Made by a program: the position numbers and the translations under genes. A stretch of DNA of 64,000 bases from Methanocaldococcus sp. 28A (GTDB lineage: Archaea; AGJL01; Methanococci; Methanococcales; Methanocaldococcaceae), in the NCBI GenBank assembly GCA_049852185.1, contig CP187540.1. One strand, written 5' to 3'. Shown here one piece after another: positions 11,722-21,336 of the stretch. The notes beneath the pieces were generated by a model. That model did not search any database. It was not told the DNA's origin and worked only from the letters and a program-made list of their open reading frames with translations. Within the stretch, counting starts at the first letter, position 1. Each line of letters begins with the position of its first letter.

Positions 11722-12402
11722 ATGCAAAAACAGAGGTTTTGCTTAGATACAAGTGCTTTTACTGAACCGTCAGTTAGGAAAGCATTAGGAGTTAAAACAG
11801 TTACTGAACTAACAGATAAAGTCATGGATTTGATAGCAGAGGCGAGAATAAAGTTAAATATTTCTTGTCACATTCCTTATCCAACTGTATATAATGAATT
11901 AATGGGATTTTTAGAGAATGAGAATTGTCCAAAAGATGTTATAGTTAAAGTAGATACATGGCTTGTTAAAAAAACTCCAAATAGATATGAGATAAAAATT
12001 CCCTCAGAGATTTTTTATGAATATGTTAAAGATTTAAGGGAGAGGATAAATAAAGGAATGAGAATTGGAGAAGAACATATAATAAGAACATCAGATATGG
12101 TTTATGAGTTGTCAAAAAAACATCCAGAGATGAATAAAAATGAAATTATAAATAAAGTCCTATCAAAAACAATAAATACCTTTAGAAATAAATATAGAAG
12201 TGCTTTAAGAGTGGGAACCTTAGATAGTGCCCCTGACTTAGATGTTTTACTTTTAGCTAAAGAGTTAGATGCTGCAGTAGTGGCAAGTGATGGAGGCATT
12301 GAAAAATGGGCTCAAAGATTGGGGTTGAGATTTGTAAATGCTGTAGATTTTCCATTTATGCTTGAAGAATACTTAAGACATAACGAAAGGCATAGGAGAT
12401 AA
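11722..12402 (+). CDS. PIN-domain RNA-free RNase P (HARP, Aq_880 family)
   Basis: RFCLDTSAFT, RERINKGMRIGE, LRVGTLDSAPDLDVLLLAKEL and SDGGI motifs. Confidence 0.88.
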   Translation: MQKQRFCLDTSAFTEPSVRKALGVKTVTELTDKVMDLIAEARIKLNISCHIPYPTVYNELMGFLENENCPKDVIVKVDTWLVKKTPNRYEIKIPSEIFYEYVKDLRERINKGMRIGEEHIIRTSDMVYELSKKHPEMNKNEIINKVLSKTINTFRNKYRSALRVGTLDSAPDLDVLLLAKELDAAVVASDGGIEKWAQRLGLRFVNAVDFPFMLEEYLRHNERHRR

Positions 12403-12485
12403 AATATTTTTCATTAATTATTTAGAAATAATAGAAATAATTAAATTAATTTAATAACATTTAAAAACACGTATTAGGGATAGTT

Positions 12486-12854
12486 ATGACAATATTGTTG
12501 GTTAGAGGAGATAGTTATGAAAAATTAAAGAATGCCTTAGCAGATGTTGATAGGCATGCAGAGCTAACAATTATTGGAAAGCCAAAGATTATTGTTCCAG
12601 AAGCGGCTGATGAGATATTAGGAGCCATATTGGGAGAAGTAAAAAAGCCTTGTAAAACTGCATGTGTGGCAAAAATTGCTGAAAAAGCTCCAAAGGCTAT
12701 AGATAGAATTAGAAAAATTCATCCTCCAGCCCATATTGTAGTGATTAGTGAGAGATACGGGGATATTTATTATAAACTGTTAGATGATTTTCCAAAGCTT
12801 CCAGTGTTAAAGGGATATTATAAATCAAAGAAGAAGAAAAATAAATATAAATAA
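12486..12854 (+). CDS. Conserved archaeal protein (DUF356-like)
   Basis: ALADVDRHAEL and RIRKIHPPAHIVVIS. Confidence 0.7.
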   Translation: MTILLVRGDSYEKLKNALADVDRHAELTIIGKPKIIVPEAADEILGAILGEVKKPCKTACVAKIAEKAPKAIDRIRKIHPPAHIVVISERYGDIYYKLLDDFPKLPVLKGYYKSKKKKNKYK

Positions 12855-12902
12855 CTATTTTAAAATTTATTTTTAATTGTATATTTATTATAGGGTGATT
12901 TT

Positions 12903-13433
12903 ATGAATCAAAATAAATATCCAACATTGGTAGAGATAAAAAATAATAAAAAAGAGTTGATAGAAAAAGGAGAAGATATGCTCAGAGAATTAAATGATGT
13001 TAGAATAACGTTAGAAAAAATGAGAAAAAATGAAGAAAATAATTTAGATGTAATTACCAAACTTGAGGAAAAAGAAGGTTATTTATCTACTGAACTTTTA
13101 AAATTAGACTTAGGTATAAAGATATTAGATGTAATAGAGAGTATTATTGAAAATAATATATTTGGAGATTATTGGAAAATAATAGAAAAAAAAATACCTT
13201 ATGATAAATTATTAGAAATCGTTGCAAAAAATGGTTTAAATATAAAAAAGGTTTGTCTAGAATTGTATAAAATTGCAAATATTGATGACCAAAATATTGT
13301 AAATAAAATTCAAAATTTGCCAGACGAGGAATGTCAAAACATTTATGAAAACCCTCAGCTCAATAAATATTTAGATAAAATAATTTCAAGAATTAAAAAA
13401 TTAAAGAAACTTACAAACAATAACATAATATAA
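12903..13433 (+). CDS. Hypothetical coiled-coil protein
   Basis: 176-aa ORF with GGGTGA SD; no motif recognised. Confidence 0.7.
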   Translation: MNQNKYPTLVEIKNNKKELIEKGEDMLRELNDVRITLEKMRKNEENNLDVITKLEEKEGYLSTELLKLDLGIKILDVIESIIENNIFGDYWKIIEKKIPYDKLLEIVAKNGLNIKKVCLELYKIANIDDQNIVNKIQNLPDEECQNIYENPQLNKYLDKIISRIKKLKKLTNNNII

Positions 13434-13581
13434 TTCTTTAGTTAAACTTCTTTTTATAAATAGATTGAATAAATTTTAACTGTAAGTTATTTTATGCTAA
13501 ATTTTTGTTAAGAGTTTTATAAATTAACGAATTTAATAAATCTTTAAAAAAATAAAAATTATGAAACTAAGGGTGGGTATT

Positions 13582-16500
13582 ATGAAAAGAGTAGAATCTG
13601 TTAATTTTAGAGAGTTGGATAAAGAGATAAAAAAATTTTGGGAAGAGAATGATATATATCAAAAAGTAAAGAAAAAAAATGAAGAAAATGAAGAATTTTA
13701 TTTTGTTGATGGTCCTCCTTACTGTTCTGGAGCCATACACCTTGGGACAGCTTGGAATAAGATAATTAAGGACACTTATTTGAGATTTAAGAGAATGCAA
13801 GGTTATAATGTTTTAGATAAAGCTGGATGGGACATGCATGGCTTACCAATAGAGGTTAAAGTTGAAAATGAGTTTGGAATAAAAAACAAGAAAGAGATAG
13901 AAACAAAAATTGGTGTAGAACAATTTATTGAAAAATGTAAAGAATTCGCCTTAAAACACAAAGAAATTATGGAAAATCAGTTTAAAAACTTAGGAGTTTG
14001 GTTAGATTGGGAAAATGCATACATGCCAATAAATATGGAGTATATGGAAATAGGTTGGTGGACATTAAAAGTTGCTCATGAGAAAGGATTATTAACAAGA
14101 GATTTGAGGGTTGTTTATTGGTGTCCAAGATGTGAAACAGCTTTAGCTGAACATGAAGTTAGAGGGGAGTATAAAGAAGTTTACGACCCATCAGTTTATG
14201 TAAAATTTAAATTAGTAAATGAAGAAAACACCTATGTTGTAATTTGGACAACAACACCATGGACTTTAATAGCTAACTTAGCTGTAGCTGTTCATCCAAA
14301 CTATGATTACGCTTATGTAGAAGTTGAACTTGATGACAAAAAAGAAGTTTGGATTATTGCTGAAAAGTTAGTTGAGGAAGTTATAAACAAAGCTAAGAAA
14401 GTTAATAACATCAAAAACTACAAAATAATTAAAAAGGTTAAAGGAAAAGAATTAGAAGGAATAAAATATATTCATCCATTATTGGATGAGAATGAGAAGC
14501 AAAAAGAATTTGCAAAATTAGAAAATGCTCATACTATAGTATTAGGGGAGCATGTAACCTTAGAGGGAGGAACTGGTTTAGTTCACACAGCTCCTGGACA
14601 TGGAGAAGAGGACTTCGAAGTTGGTAAAAAATACAATCTGCCTATATATTCACCAATAGATGATGAAGGTAAATACATAGAAGGAAAATGGAAAGGCGTT
14701 TTTGTTAAAGATGCAGATAATAGTATAATAGAAACCCTAAAAGATAAAGGATTGTTAGTTTATGTTGGAAAAATAAAACACAGTTATCCACACTGTTGGA
14801 GATGTAAAACACCTCTCTTGTTTAGAGCTACTGAGCAGTGGTTCTTAGAGATATCAAAGATTAAAGATAATATTATAGAGCATGCAAAAACAGTTAGTTG
14901 GATACCTCACTGGGTTGAGACAAGATATATAAATGGAGTTAAGTTTGTTGGAGATTGGAATATAAGCAGGCAAAGGTATTGGGGAATCCCTCTCCCTGTC
15001 TGGGTTTGTGAAAAGTGTGGAAAATATATAGTTGTGGGAAGTGTTGAAGAACTAAAGGAGAGAATGATAAATAAAGATGAAGTTGGAGAGATTAAAGATT
15101 TACATAAACCAACAGTTGATAAAATAAAATTGAGATGTGAATGTGGAGGAATAATGGAGAGAGTTCCAGATGTCTTAGATGTTTGGTTTGACTCTGGTTT
15201 AGCACCTTATGCTTCAATTGGTTCAAAAACTTTAAAAAAAGCTGACTTTATAACAGAAGGGCATGACCAAGTTACTAAGTGGTTTTATTCACAACATGCA
15301 CTTTCAGCTATTGTATTCAATGACATTCCATACAAAAAATGTTTAATGCATGGCTTTACTTTAGATGAGCATGGAGACAAGATGAGTAAGAGTTTAGGAA
15401 ATATAGTTAATCCAGATGATGTCGTTGAAAAATATGGGGCTGATTTATTAAGATTTTATCTTTTAAGTGCAAACAAGGTTTGGGAGGATTTAAGGTTTGT
15501 ATGGAGTGAAATAGATGATGTTTTAAGCTTATTCAACACTCTATGGAACGCTTACATGTTTGCTGTAAATTACATGGTGTTAGATAACTTTAAACCAGAT
15601 GAAAAATACTTTGAATATTTAAAAGATGAAGATAGATGGATTTTAAGTAGAGTAAATACTGTTGCCAAAATAGCAATTGAAAACCTTGATATTCCATATT
15701 TCCACACATACACATGGACATTAAAAGATTTCATATTAAATGACTTAAGTAGATGGTATATTAGATTGATTAGAGACAGAACCTGGAAAGAAAAAGATGA
15801 TGCTGATAAATTAGCGGCGTATCAAACACTCTACTATGTCTTATTAAAGTTGGCTATAATAATGGCTCCAGTATCTCCTCACGTAGCTGAGGCAATATAT
15901 CAAAACTTAAAGACAGAAAATATGGAAGAAAGTATATTTATGAATAAAATAGAAGTTGATGAAAAGTTTATTGATGAGGAGTTAGAGAGAGATATGGCAA
16001 TAGTTAGAGATATAGTTGATGCAATCTACAGAGGAAGAGATAAAATAAAATACACCTTAAGATATCCATTAAAAGAAATAACTATTGCTGGTGGGGAAGA
16101 GGTTAAAAAAGCTGTAGAAAGATTTGAATACATAATAAAAGAGCAGGGTAATGTCAAAAATATCAAATTTGGAGAAGTTGAAGGTAGCAAATACGTAATA
16201 AAACCAAACTACAGAGAATTAGGTAAAAGATATAGAAGTGAAGTACCAAAGGTTGTTGAAGCATTGAATAAAGCAGATGCTAAGGAGTTAATGGAAAAAT
16301 TGAAAGATGGAGCAATAATATTGGATGGATATGAGATTAAGCCAGAGTATGTTGAAATTAGGTTAGAGATTCCTGAGCATATTGCTGGAGTAGAATTTTC
16401 AAAGGGAACTGTCTTTATAAATACTGAAATTACTGATGATTTAATAAGAGAAGGGTTAATGAGAGAAGTTATAAGAAGAATTCAAGCGATGAGAAAAGAT

Positions 16501-16701
16501 ATGGATTTAGATATTGAAGAAAAAATTAAGGTTAAAGTTGAGGGCATCAATTTGGATGAATTTAAGGAAATTATTGAGAAAGAAGTTAGAGGGGAATTTG
16601 TTGATGAGATAAAAGCAGATTATGAAAAAGATTGGGAGATAAAAACACCAAATGGTGAGAAATACAATGTTAAAATTACCATTGAAAGGATAAACAAATA
16701 A
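13582..16701 (+). CDS. ileS: Isoleucine-tRNA ligase
   Basis: DGPPY..HLGT, WTTTPWT, GTGLVHTAPGHG, WNISRQRYWG and KMSKS motifs. Confidence 0.97.
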   Translation: MKRVESVNFRELDKEIKKFWEENDIYQKVKKKNEENEEFYFVDGPPYCSGAIHLGTAWNKIIKDTYLRFKRMQGYNVLDKAGWDMHGLPIEVKVENEFGIKNKKEIETKIGVEQFIEKCKEFALKHKEIMENQFKNLGVWLDWENAYMPINMEYMEIGWWTLKVAHEKGLLTRDLRVVYWCPRCETALAEHEVRGEYKEVYDPSVYVKFKLVNEENTYVVIWTTTPWTLIANLAVAVHPNYDYAYVEVELDDKKEVWIIAEKLVEEVINKAKKVNNIKNYKIIKKVKGKELEGIKYIHPLLDENEKQKEFAKLENAHTIVLGEHVTLEGGTGLVHTAPGHGEEDFEVGKKYNLPIYSPIDDEGKYIEGKWKGVFVKDADNSIIETLKDKGLLVYVGKIKHSYPHCWRCKTPLLFRATEQWFLEISKIKDNIIEHAKTVSWIPHWVETRYINGVKFVGDWNISRQRYWGIPLPVWVCEKCGKYIVVGSVEELKERMINKDEVGEIKDLHKPTVDKIKLRCECGGIMERVPDVLDVWFDSGLAPYASIGSKTLKKADFITEGHDQVTKWFYSQHALSAIVFNDIPYKKCLMHGFTLDEHGDKMSKSLGNIVNPDDVVEKYGADLLRFYLLSANKVWEDLRFVWSEIDDVLSLFNTLWNAYMFAVNYMVLDNFKPDEKYFEYLKDEDRWILSRVNTVAKIAIENLDIPYFHTYTWTLKDFILNDLSRWYIRLIRDRTWKEKDDADKLAAYQTLYYVLLKLAIIMAPVSPHVAEAIYQNLKTENMEESIFMNKIEVDEKFIDEELERDMAIVRDIVDAIYRGRDKIKYTLRYPLKEITIAGGEEVKKAVERFEYIIKEQGNVKNIKFGEVEGSKYVIKPNYRELGKRYRSEVPKVVEALNKADAKELMEKLKDGAIILDGYEIKPEYVEIRLEIPEHIAGVEFSKGTVFINTEITDDLIREGLMREVIRRIQAMRKDMDLDIEEKIKVKVEGINLDEFKEIIEKEVRGEFVDEIKADYEKDWEIKTPNGEKYNVKITIERINK

Positions 16702-16857
16702 TAAAATTCTTTTAATAAAATTCTTTAGATTTATTTTTAAATTAAGATTAATTTTCTTATTTATAGCTTTTTTATAGTTATATGAAAGATTTAAACGCTT
16801 TCTAAGGAAGACATTCTTTGATACCTAATTTTTTAAAAATATTTTTTGCGTGATAAT

Positions 16858-17967
16858 ATGATTCTAAAAGAGGGAGAAATAGTTTTTGAAGTTCCAGATA
16901 AATTAACAGTTACAAAAAAGGATGAGGTCTTTTACAACCCAAGAATGAAAACAGGGAGAGATATAAGTGTATTGATAGTCCAAGCATTTCTAAATCTTTA
17001 TCATAAAGTTGATAAATGCTATATATGTGATGCTTTAGCTGGGAGTGGAATTAGAGGGCTTAGATATGCAAAAGAACTAAAGTTTGATAATTTAAAAGTT
17101 TTCCTAAATGATATAAATCCAAAAGCTTATGAAAAAATATTGAATAATGCCCAATTAAATGATATTAAAAATATAGACGTTTTTAATGAAGATGCCAACA
17201 CATTTTTATCAAGACACTTTAGATTTTTCAATGTTGTTGATATAGACCCATTTGGTTCTCCAGCTCCATATATTGACCAAGCAATTAGGGCTTTAGTAAC
17301 AAGAAATGGTTTGCTCTGTTTAACAGCAACAGATACAGCTGCTTTATGTGGAAGGGCTAAAAAATCTTGCTTAAGGAAATATTTAGCTTATCCATTATTT
17401 GGTAGGGACTGTCATGAGTTTGCATTGAGAGTTTTAGTTGGATATGTTATGAGAATGGCTACAAAATATGAAATTGCTTTAAAACCAATATTTTGCCACG
17501 CAACCGACCATTATGTTAGAGTTTATTTAGTTACAGATAGAGGAGCTAAAAGAGCTGATAAAATATTTGAAATGCTTGGTTATGTTAAGGATGTTAATGG
17601 AGTTAAAATAATTAAAAAATTTGAAGAAGGTTATGAGAAAGGTTTCTCTGGGCCGTTGTATATTGGCAATTTATATGATAAAGCTCTTGTTGAAGAGGCT
17701 TTAAAAATAGCTGAAGAGAGAAGATATAGTGAAAGAGTATTAAAGATTTTAAATGCAATTAAGGGAGAGGCTAATATAAATCAAGTTGGATGCTATGACA
17801 CCCACCAAATAGGAAAAATGCTAAAGATTTCAGTACCACCAATACAGGATATAATAAATCAATTAAAAGAAATGGGCTTTGAAGCTACAGTAACCCATTA
17901 TAATCCAAAAGGGATAAAAACTAATACAACATTAAAAAATGTTATCGAAGCAATGTATAAAGTGTAG
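16858..17967 (+). CDS. trm1: tRNA (guanine26-N2)-dimethyltransferase
   Basis: VFYNPRM, DALAGSGIRGLRY, DIDPFGSP and TATD motifs. Confidence 0.95.
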   Translation: MILKEGEIVFEVPDKLTVTKKDEVFYNPRMKTGRDISVLIVQAFLNLYHKVDKCYICDALAGSGIRGLRYAKELKFDNLKVFLNDINPKAYEKILNNAQLNDIKNIDVFNEDANTFLSRHFRFFNVVDIDPFGSPAPYIDQAIRALVTRNGLLCLTATDTAALCGRAKKSCLRKYLAYPLFGRDCHEFALRVLVGYVMRMATKYEIALKPIFCHATDHYVRVYLVTDRGAKRADKIFEMLGYVKDVNGVKIIKKFEEGYEKGFSGPLYIGNLYDKALVEEALKIAEERRYSERVLKILNAIKGEANINQVGCYDTHQIGKMLKISVPPIQDIINQLKEMGFEATVTHYNPKGIKTNTTLKNVIEAMYKV

Positions 17968-18065
17968 TATCCTGAAATTATTTCGCAATTATAATTCATG
18001 AAATTACCTCCATATTATTAACTATATTTCCGAAATAAACTTCATAAGGAGTTTTAAAATCGATT

Positions 18066-18194
18066 ACGTAGTAAGCGAGCAATGAAAACCTTAGGTTTTC
18101 GTCTAATCTAAAGAACGATGTGGTTTTATTTTATTATTTCAATTGGAGCGTAGTGAAGAGCTATGAAATAACATTAGTGATTTCATTCAATCTA
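18066..18194. repeat. Two imperfect direct repeats, each with a hairpin (REP-like)
   Basis: CGTAGT..GAGC(A/T)ATGAAA-hairpin-TTTC(G/A)T..AATCTA at 18066-18110 and 18148-18194. Confidence 0.55.
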
Positions 18195-18224
18195 CGAACT
18201 CTTCTAAAATATCAAATCTATTTA

Positions 18225-18619
18225 GTCAATATTCAACCTCTCTATTTATCCGTTCAACTTTTTCCTATTTAGATTGTATTTTACCATATTGTTTCAGTAT
18301 ATTATATATACGATATATGTGGAATATGTATATTATACCTACGTTCAATAAAATGCTCCAAATGAACAGGGCTTGTTCCTTTATATTCTTTGACTGCTTT
18401 AAGGACAATATCTATCTCTTCCTGAGTAATTTCTCTCGGCTTTCGACCTCTACGCTTTATATTTGGGATTTCTCCTGTCTCTCGATATTCTTTCCATATC
18501 TGCTGAACTCTATGAGTGGATATTTCCAAATTTTTAGTAATATCTTTCGTTCTAAATCCCTTCTCCTTCCATCTAATAATTTTCTTAATCTTTTTATCGT
18601 CAAGTTTTACTCCTCTCAT
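18225..18619 (-). pseudogene. IS481-family transposase remnant with internal deletion
   Basis: N-terminal HTH segment (ISTHRVQQIWKEYRETG...RGRKP) and an out-of-frame GKVERINREVE fragment near 18240-18265; catalytic core missing. Confidence 0.7.
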
Positions 18620-18773
18620 ATTATTTATGTTATCTTTTTTATTATTTATAGATGCGAAATATTTTTGGGATACCATAGTCATAGGGTATATAATTTTTTA
18701 TACTCGAGATTTAAGAACCCTAAGTTTGATTCTTGAGTAAATAAGTTTTTTATATTTATATTCATCATATAGA

Positions 18774-19470
18774 GAGGTCGTCAAGATAAGGATTAAATAA
18801 ATATGTGTAAATAAAGGAAGATATGAAACTTACGATAGAAACGTTAAAAGAAAGGATTAAGAAGATAGTTAAGAGGAATAAGAAGTCGATAGAGATTAAA
18901 ATCTTAGCAGGAATTTTGTATTATCTGGGATTATCGTTAAGAAAGGTTAGTTTGTTTCTTTCACAGTTTGAGAGCATAAGCCATGAATCGGTTAGAATAT
19001 ATTACCACAAGATTAAAGATATTTTAAACGAGCCTGAAAGAAAGACAAGAAACCTAATTGCAATCGATGAAACTAAACTAAAGCTTGGAAATGAAACTAT
19101 TTATGTATGGTCTGCTATCGATGTGGAGTCTAAAGAATGTTTGGGTATCTATGTCTTTAAAACAAGATGTTATCTCGATACTATGTTATTCGTAAGAAGG
19201 ATATTAAAATTTTGCTCGAATAAACCAAAAATTTTGGTTGATGGTGGTAAATGGTATCCGTGGGCTCTACAGAGATTAGGACTAAAATTCGAAAGAGTTC
19301 GATTCGGTTTAAGAAATTGTGTCGAAAGTTTCTTCTCTCTACTCAAACGAAGAACCAAATCTTTCTATAACCGATTCCCTAATAACTCTAAATTCTCATC
19401 TGTCATTAGTTGGCTTGAATCTTTCTCCTCTTTCTATAACTTCTTCCTTTACTTATCTTGACATCGTCTC
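18774..19470 (+). mobile_element. IS6-family insertion sequence, apparently intact
   Basis: Inverted ends GAGGTCGTCAAGATAAG and CTTATCTTGACATCGTCTC; direct repeat ATATAGA at 18767-18773 and 19471-19477. Confidence 0.88.
18823..19461 (+). CDS. IS6-family DDE transposase
   Basis: AIDETK, WSAID, VDGGKWY and [15 protein letters not shown] motifs. Confidence 0.9.
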   Translation: MKLTIETLKERIKKIVKRNKKSIEIKILAGILYYLGLSLRKVSLFLSQFESISHESVRIYYHKIKDILNEPERKTRNLIAIDETKLKLGNETIYVWSAIDVESKECLGIYVFKTRCYLDTMLFVRRILKFCSNKPKILVDGGKWYPWALQRLGLKFERVRFGLRNCVESFFSLLKRRTKSFYNRFPNNSKFSSVISWLESFSSFYNFFLYLS

Positions 19471-19754
19471 ATATAGAAGTAATTTAGTTTTTATAACTCG
19501 AATAGTATTATAAACTATGACTTTACAGTATATTTAATATTGCGTTGTAATTTTTACATGACTATGTATATTAGCCTCGATTTTGACTCTAAATCGATAA
19601 ATACTCTTAAATTTTCTTGGATAATTTTTCTGCAATTTTACCCATATTTTTCCAATTAGGAATAGATAAAAATGTAAAATAAAAATGTAAATGAGAAATA
19701 AAGAATTAGAAATATTGGCAAGATTATAAATAGTTTATAAGAATCATCTCATCA

Positions 19755-19870
19755 TTATAGTTTTGTGCAAAACTATATTAAATAAAATAAGGTAGTAATG
19801 AATGCCTTCCTTAAAGAAGGCATTCAAAATTTCCTTTTTAAAGTTTATTTCATTTTGCACACAACTATAA
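19755..19870. repeat. MITE-like element, family A (longest copy)
   Basis: TTATAGTTTTGTGCAAAA ... TTTTGCACACAACTATAA with internal hairpin TGAATGCCTTC..GAAGGCATTCA. Confidence 0.88.
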
Positions 19871-19945
19871 TTTTATTAGGTAGTATATTTATAGCAATTA
19901 AAAGGAAATTAAAAAGAAAATAAAATTAAAATAAAAAGGGAAAAT

Positions 19946-20557
19946 ATGTTCAGTATAAAAAAGATAACGACAATATCTGACTATGTAACAATGCTAAATA
20001 TTATAACTGGGCTTTTAGCTATATTATTAAATAACTTTTCATTAATCTACCTTTCAATAATCTTTGATTCCTTAGATGGTTTTGTTGCGAGGAAAACAAA
20101 TACCGTTTCTGACTTTGGGGCAGAGCTTGATAGTATTTCAGACATTGTTAGCTTTGGTGTAGCTCCTGCTTATCTATTATACCATAACTTTGAATCAACC
20201 TTATCTTTAATATCTGCAATAATATTTTGCCTCTGTGGAGCTTTAAGATTGGCAAGATTTGGAATTTTAAACGTTAAAGGTTTTATTGGATTACCTATTC
20301 CAGCAGGAGCTTTATTACTTGTTGGATTCTGTCAATTAATTAACAATTATTTAATAAATTCAATATTGGCGATATTAATAGGGCTTTTAATGATTAGTGA
20401 TATAAGATATCCGAAATATCCTAAGAAAGCATTTATTTGTTTATTTGCTATCTCTTTAATATTAGCTATAATTGGCATTCCACATTTTGCTTTATTGTTA
20501 TGCTTAATCTATACAATATATGGAATAATCAAATATATGGGAGGGGATAACAATTAA
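19946..20557 (+). CDS. pssA: Archaetidylserine synthase (CDP-alcohol phosphatidyltransferase)
   Basis: DSLDGFVARK...GAELDSISDIVSFGVAP, RLARF and FIGLPIP motifs. Confidence 0.9.
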   Translation: MFSIKKITTISDYVTMLNIITGLLAILLNNFSLIYLSIIFDSLDGFVARKTNTVSDFGAELDSISDIVSFGVAPAYLLYHNFESTLSLISAIIFCLCGALRLARFGILNVKGFIGLPIPAGALLLVGFCQLINNYLINSILAILIGLLMISDIRYPKYPKKAFICLFAISLILAIIGIPHFALLLCLIYTIYGIIKYMGGDNN

Positions 20558-20679
20558 AAAAGAAATCCTTAAAACCAGAAAATATTTAAAAAAAATAAAT
20601 ATGTAACAAATACGTTAGAAAATAAAGGAGTTGAAATTATAGATGTTTTATTAAAGAGGCTTTAGAAATAAATATTCTT

Positions 20680-20945
20680 ATGGGGTGTGTCTAAAATCGA
20701 GTAATGTTTATATATTAACGTAACAACAAAATAAAAAAACATAGTAGCGAGAGGTTGGGACTCTAAGATAATAAGATAATATGATATAAATGAGATATTA
20801 GAAGTTTTTAATGACGGATAGGGGATATTGAATTACCTAAGGAATTAAAGCCAAAAAAATATACTATCGAACTATTTTAAAATTTCTGTTGTTAAGGAGT
20901 TTTTAAGGGTATCGTTAAGAGCTATGGAAAACTTGACAGCGATAC
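20680..20945 (+). pseudogene. Possible degraded transposase fragment (IS5-like)
   Basis: Broken frame IELPKELKPKKYTIELF*..VVKEFLRVSLRAMENL resembles IS5-group N-termini; sits in an IS-rich region. Confidence 0.35.
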
Positions 20946-20994
20946 ACATCCTGTGGATAAAATATATATACCACATTTATATAGATTGATATAT

Positions 20995-21115
20995 GTCCCG
21001 GGTGGCGACCTTCCGCAGGGGATGAAACCACCTCGGCATTCTACCCACAAGGCGGCCGTGCCGAGTAGCCGTTATGGCTTCAATGAAGGTCACGGTTTTC
21101 CAAGGGTAGATACAC
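20995..21115 (+). ncRNA. Box H/ACA-type guide RNA with two K-turn hairpins
   Basis: GC island. Hairpin 2 has P1 TCTACCC/GGGTAGA, a pocket, P2 GGCCGTG/CACGGTT, a CGA..AATGA K-turn and ACA 14 nt below the pocket top. TATA-like element upstream and T-run downstream. Confidence 0.82.
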
Positions 21116-21336
21116 TTTTTTTAAACTTTAATTCTATATTGATAGTTCATACTTTTTTATCACATATACATTTATTAATTTAAATTAATAAACTAATGAA
21201 TTGCACACTATTTTGTAAAAAATCAAAAATTAATTATATAAAATTGTTTGTCCAATAGTAATTATAAATGACCTTATTGTATAAATATATACACCAAATT
21301 TTTCTTATAAGAAAAATTTTCTTTTAGGATGATAGC

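Noticed and set aside
20953-21183. 76-aa ORF
   Set aside because: It overlaps the structured H/ACA-type RNA, has no SD and has atypical composition.
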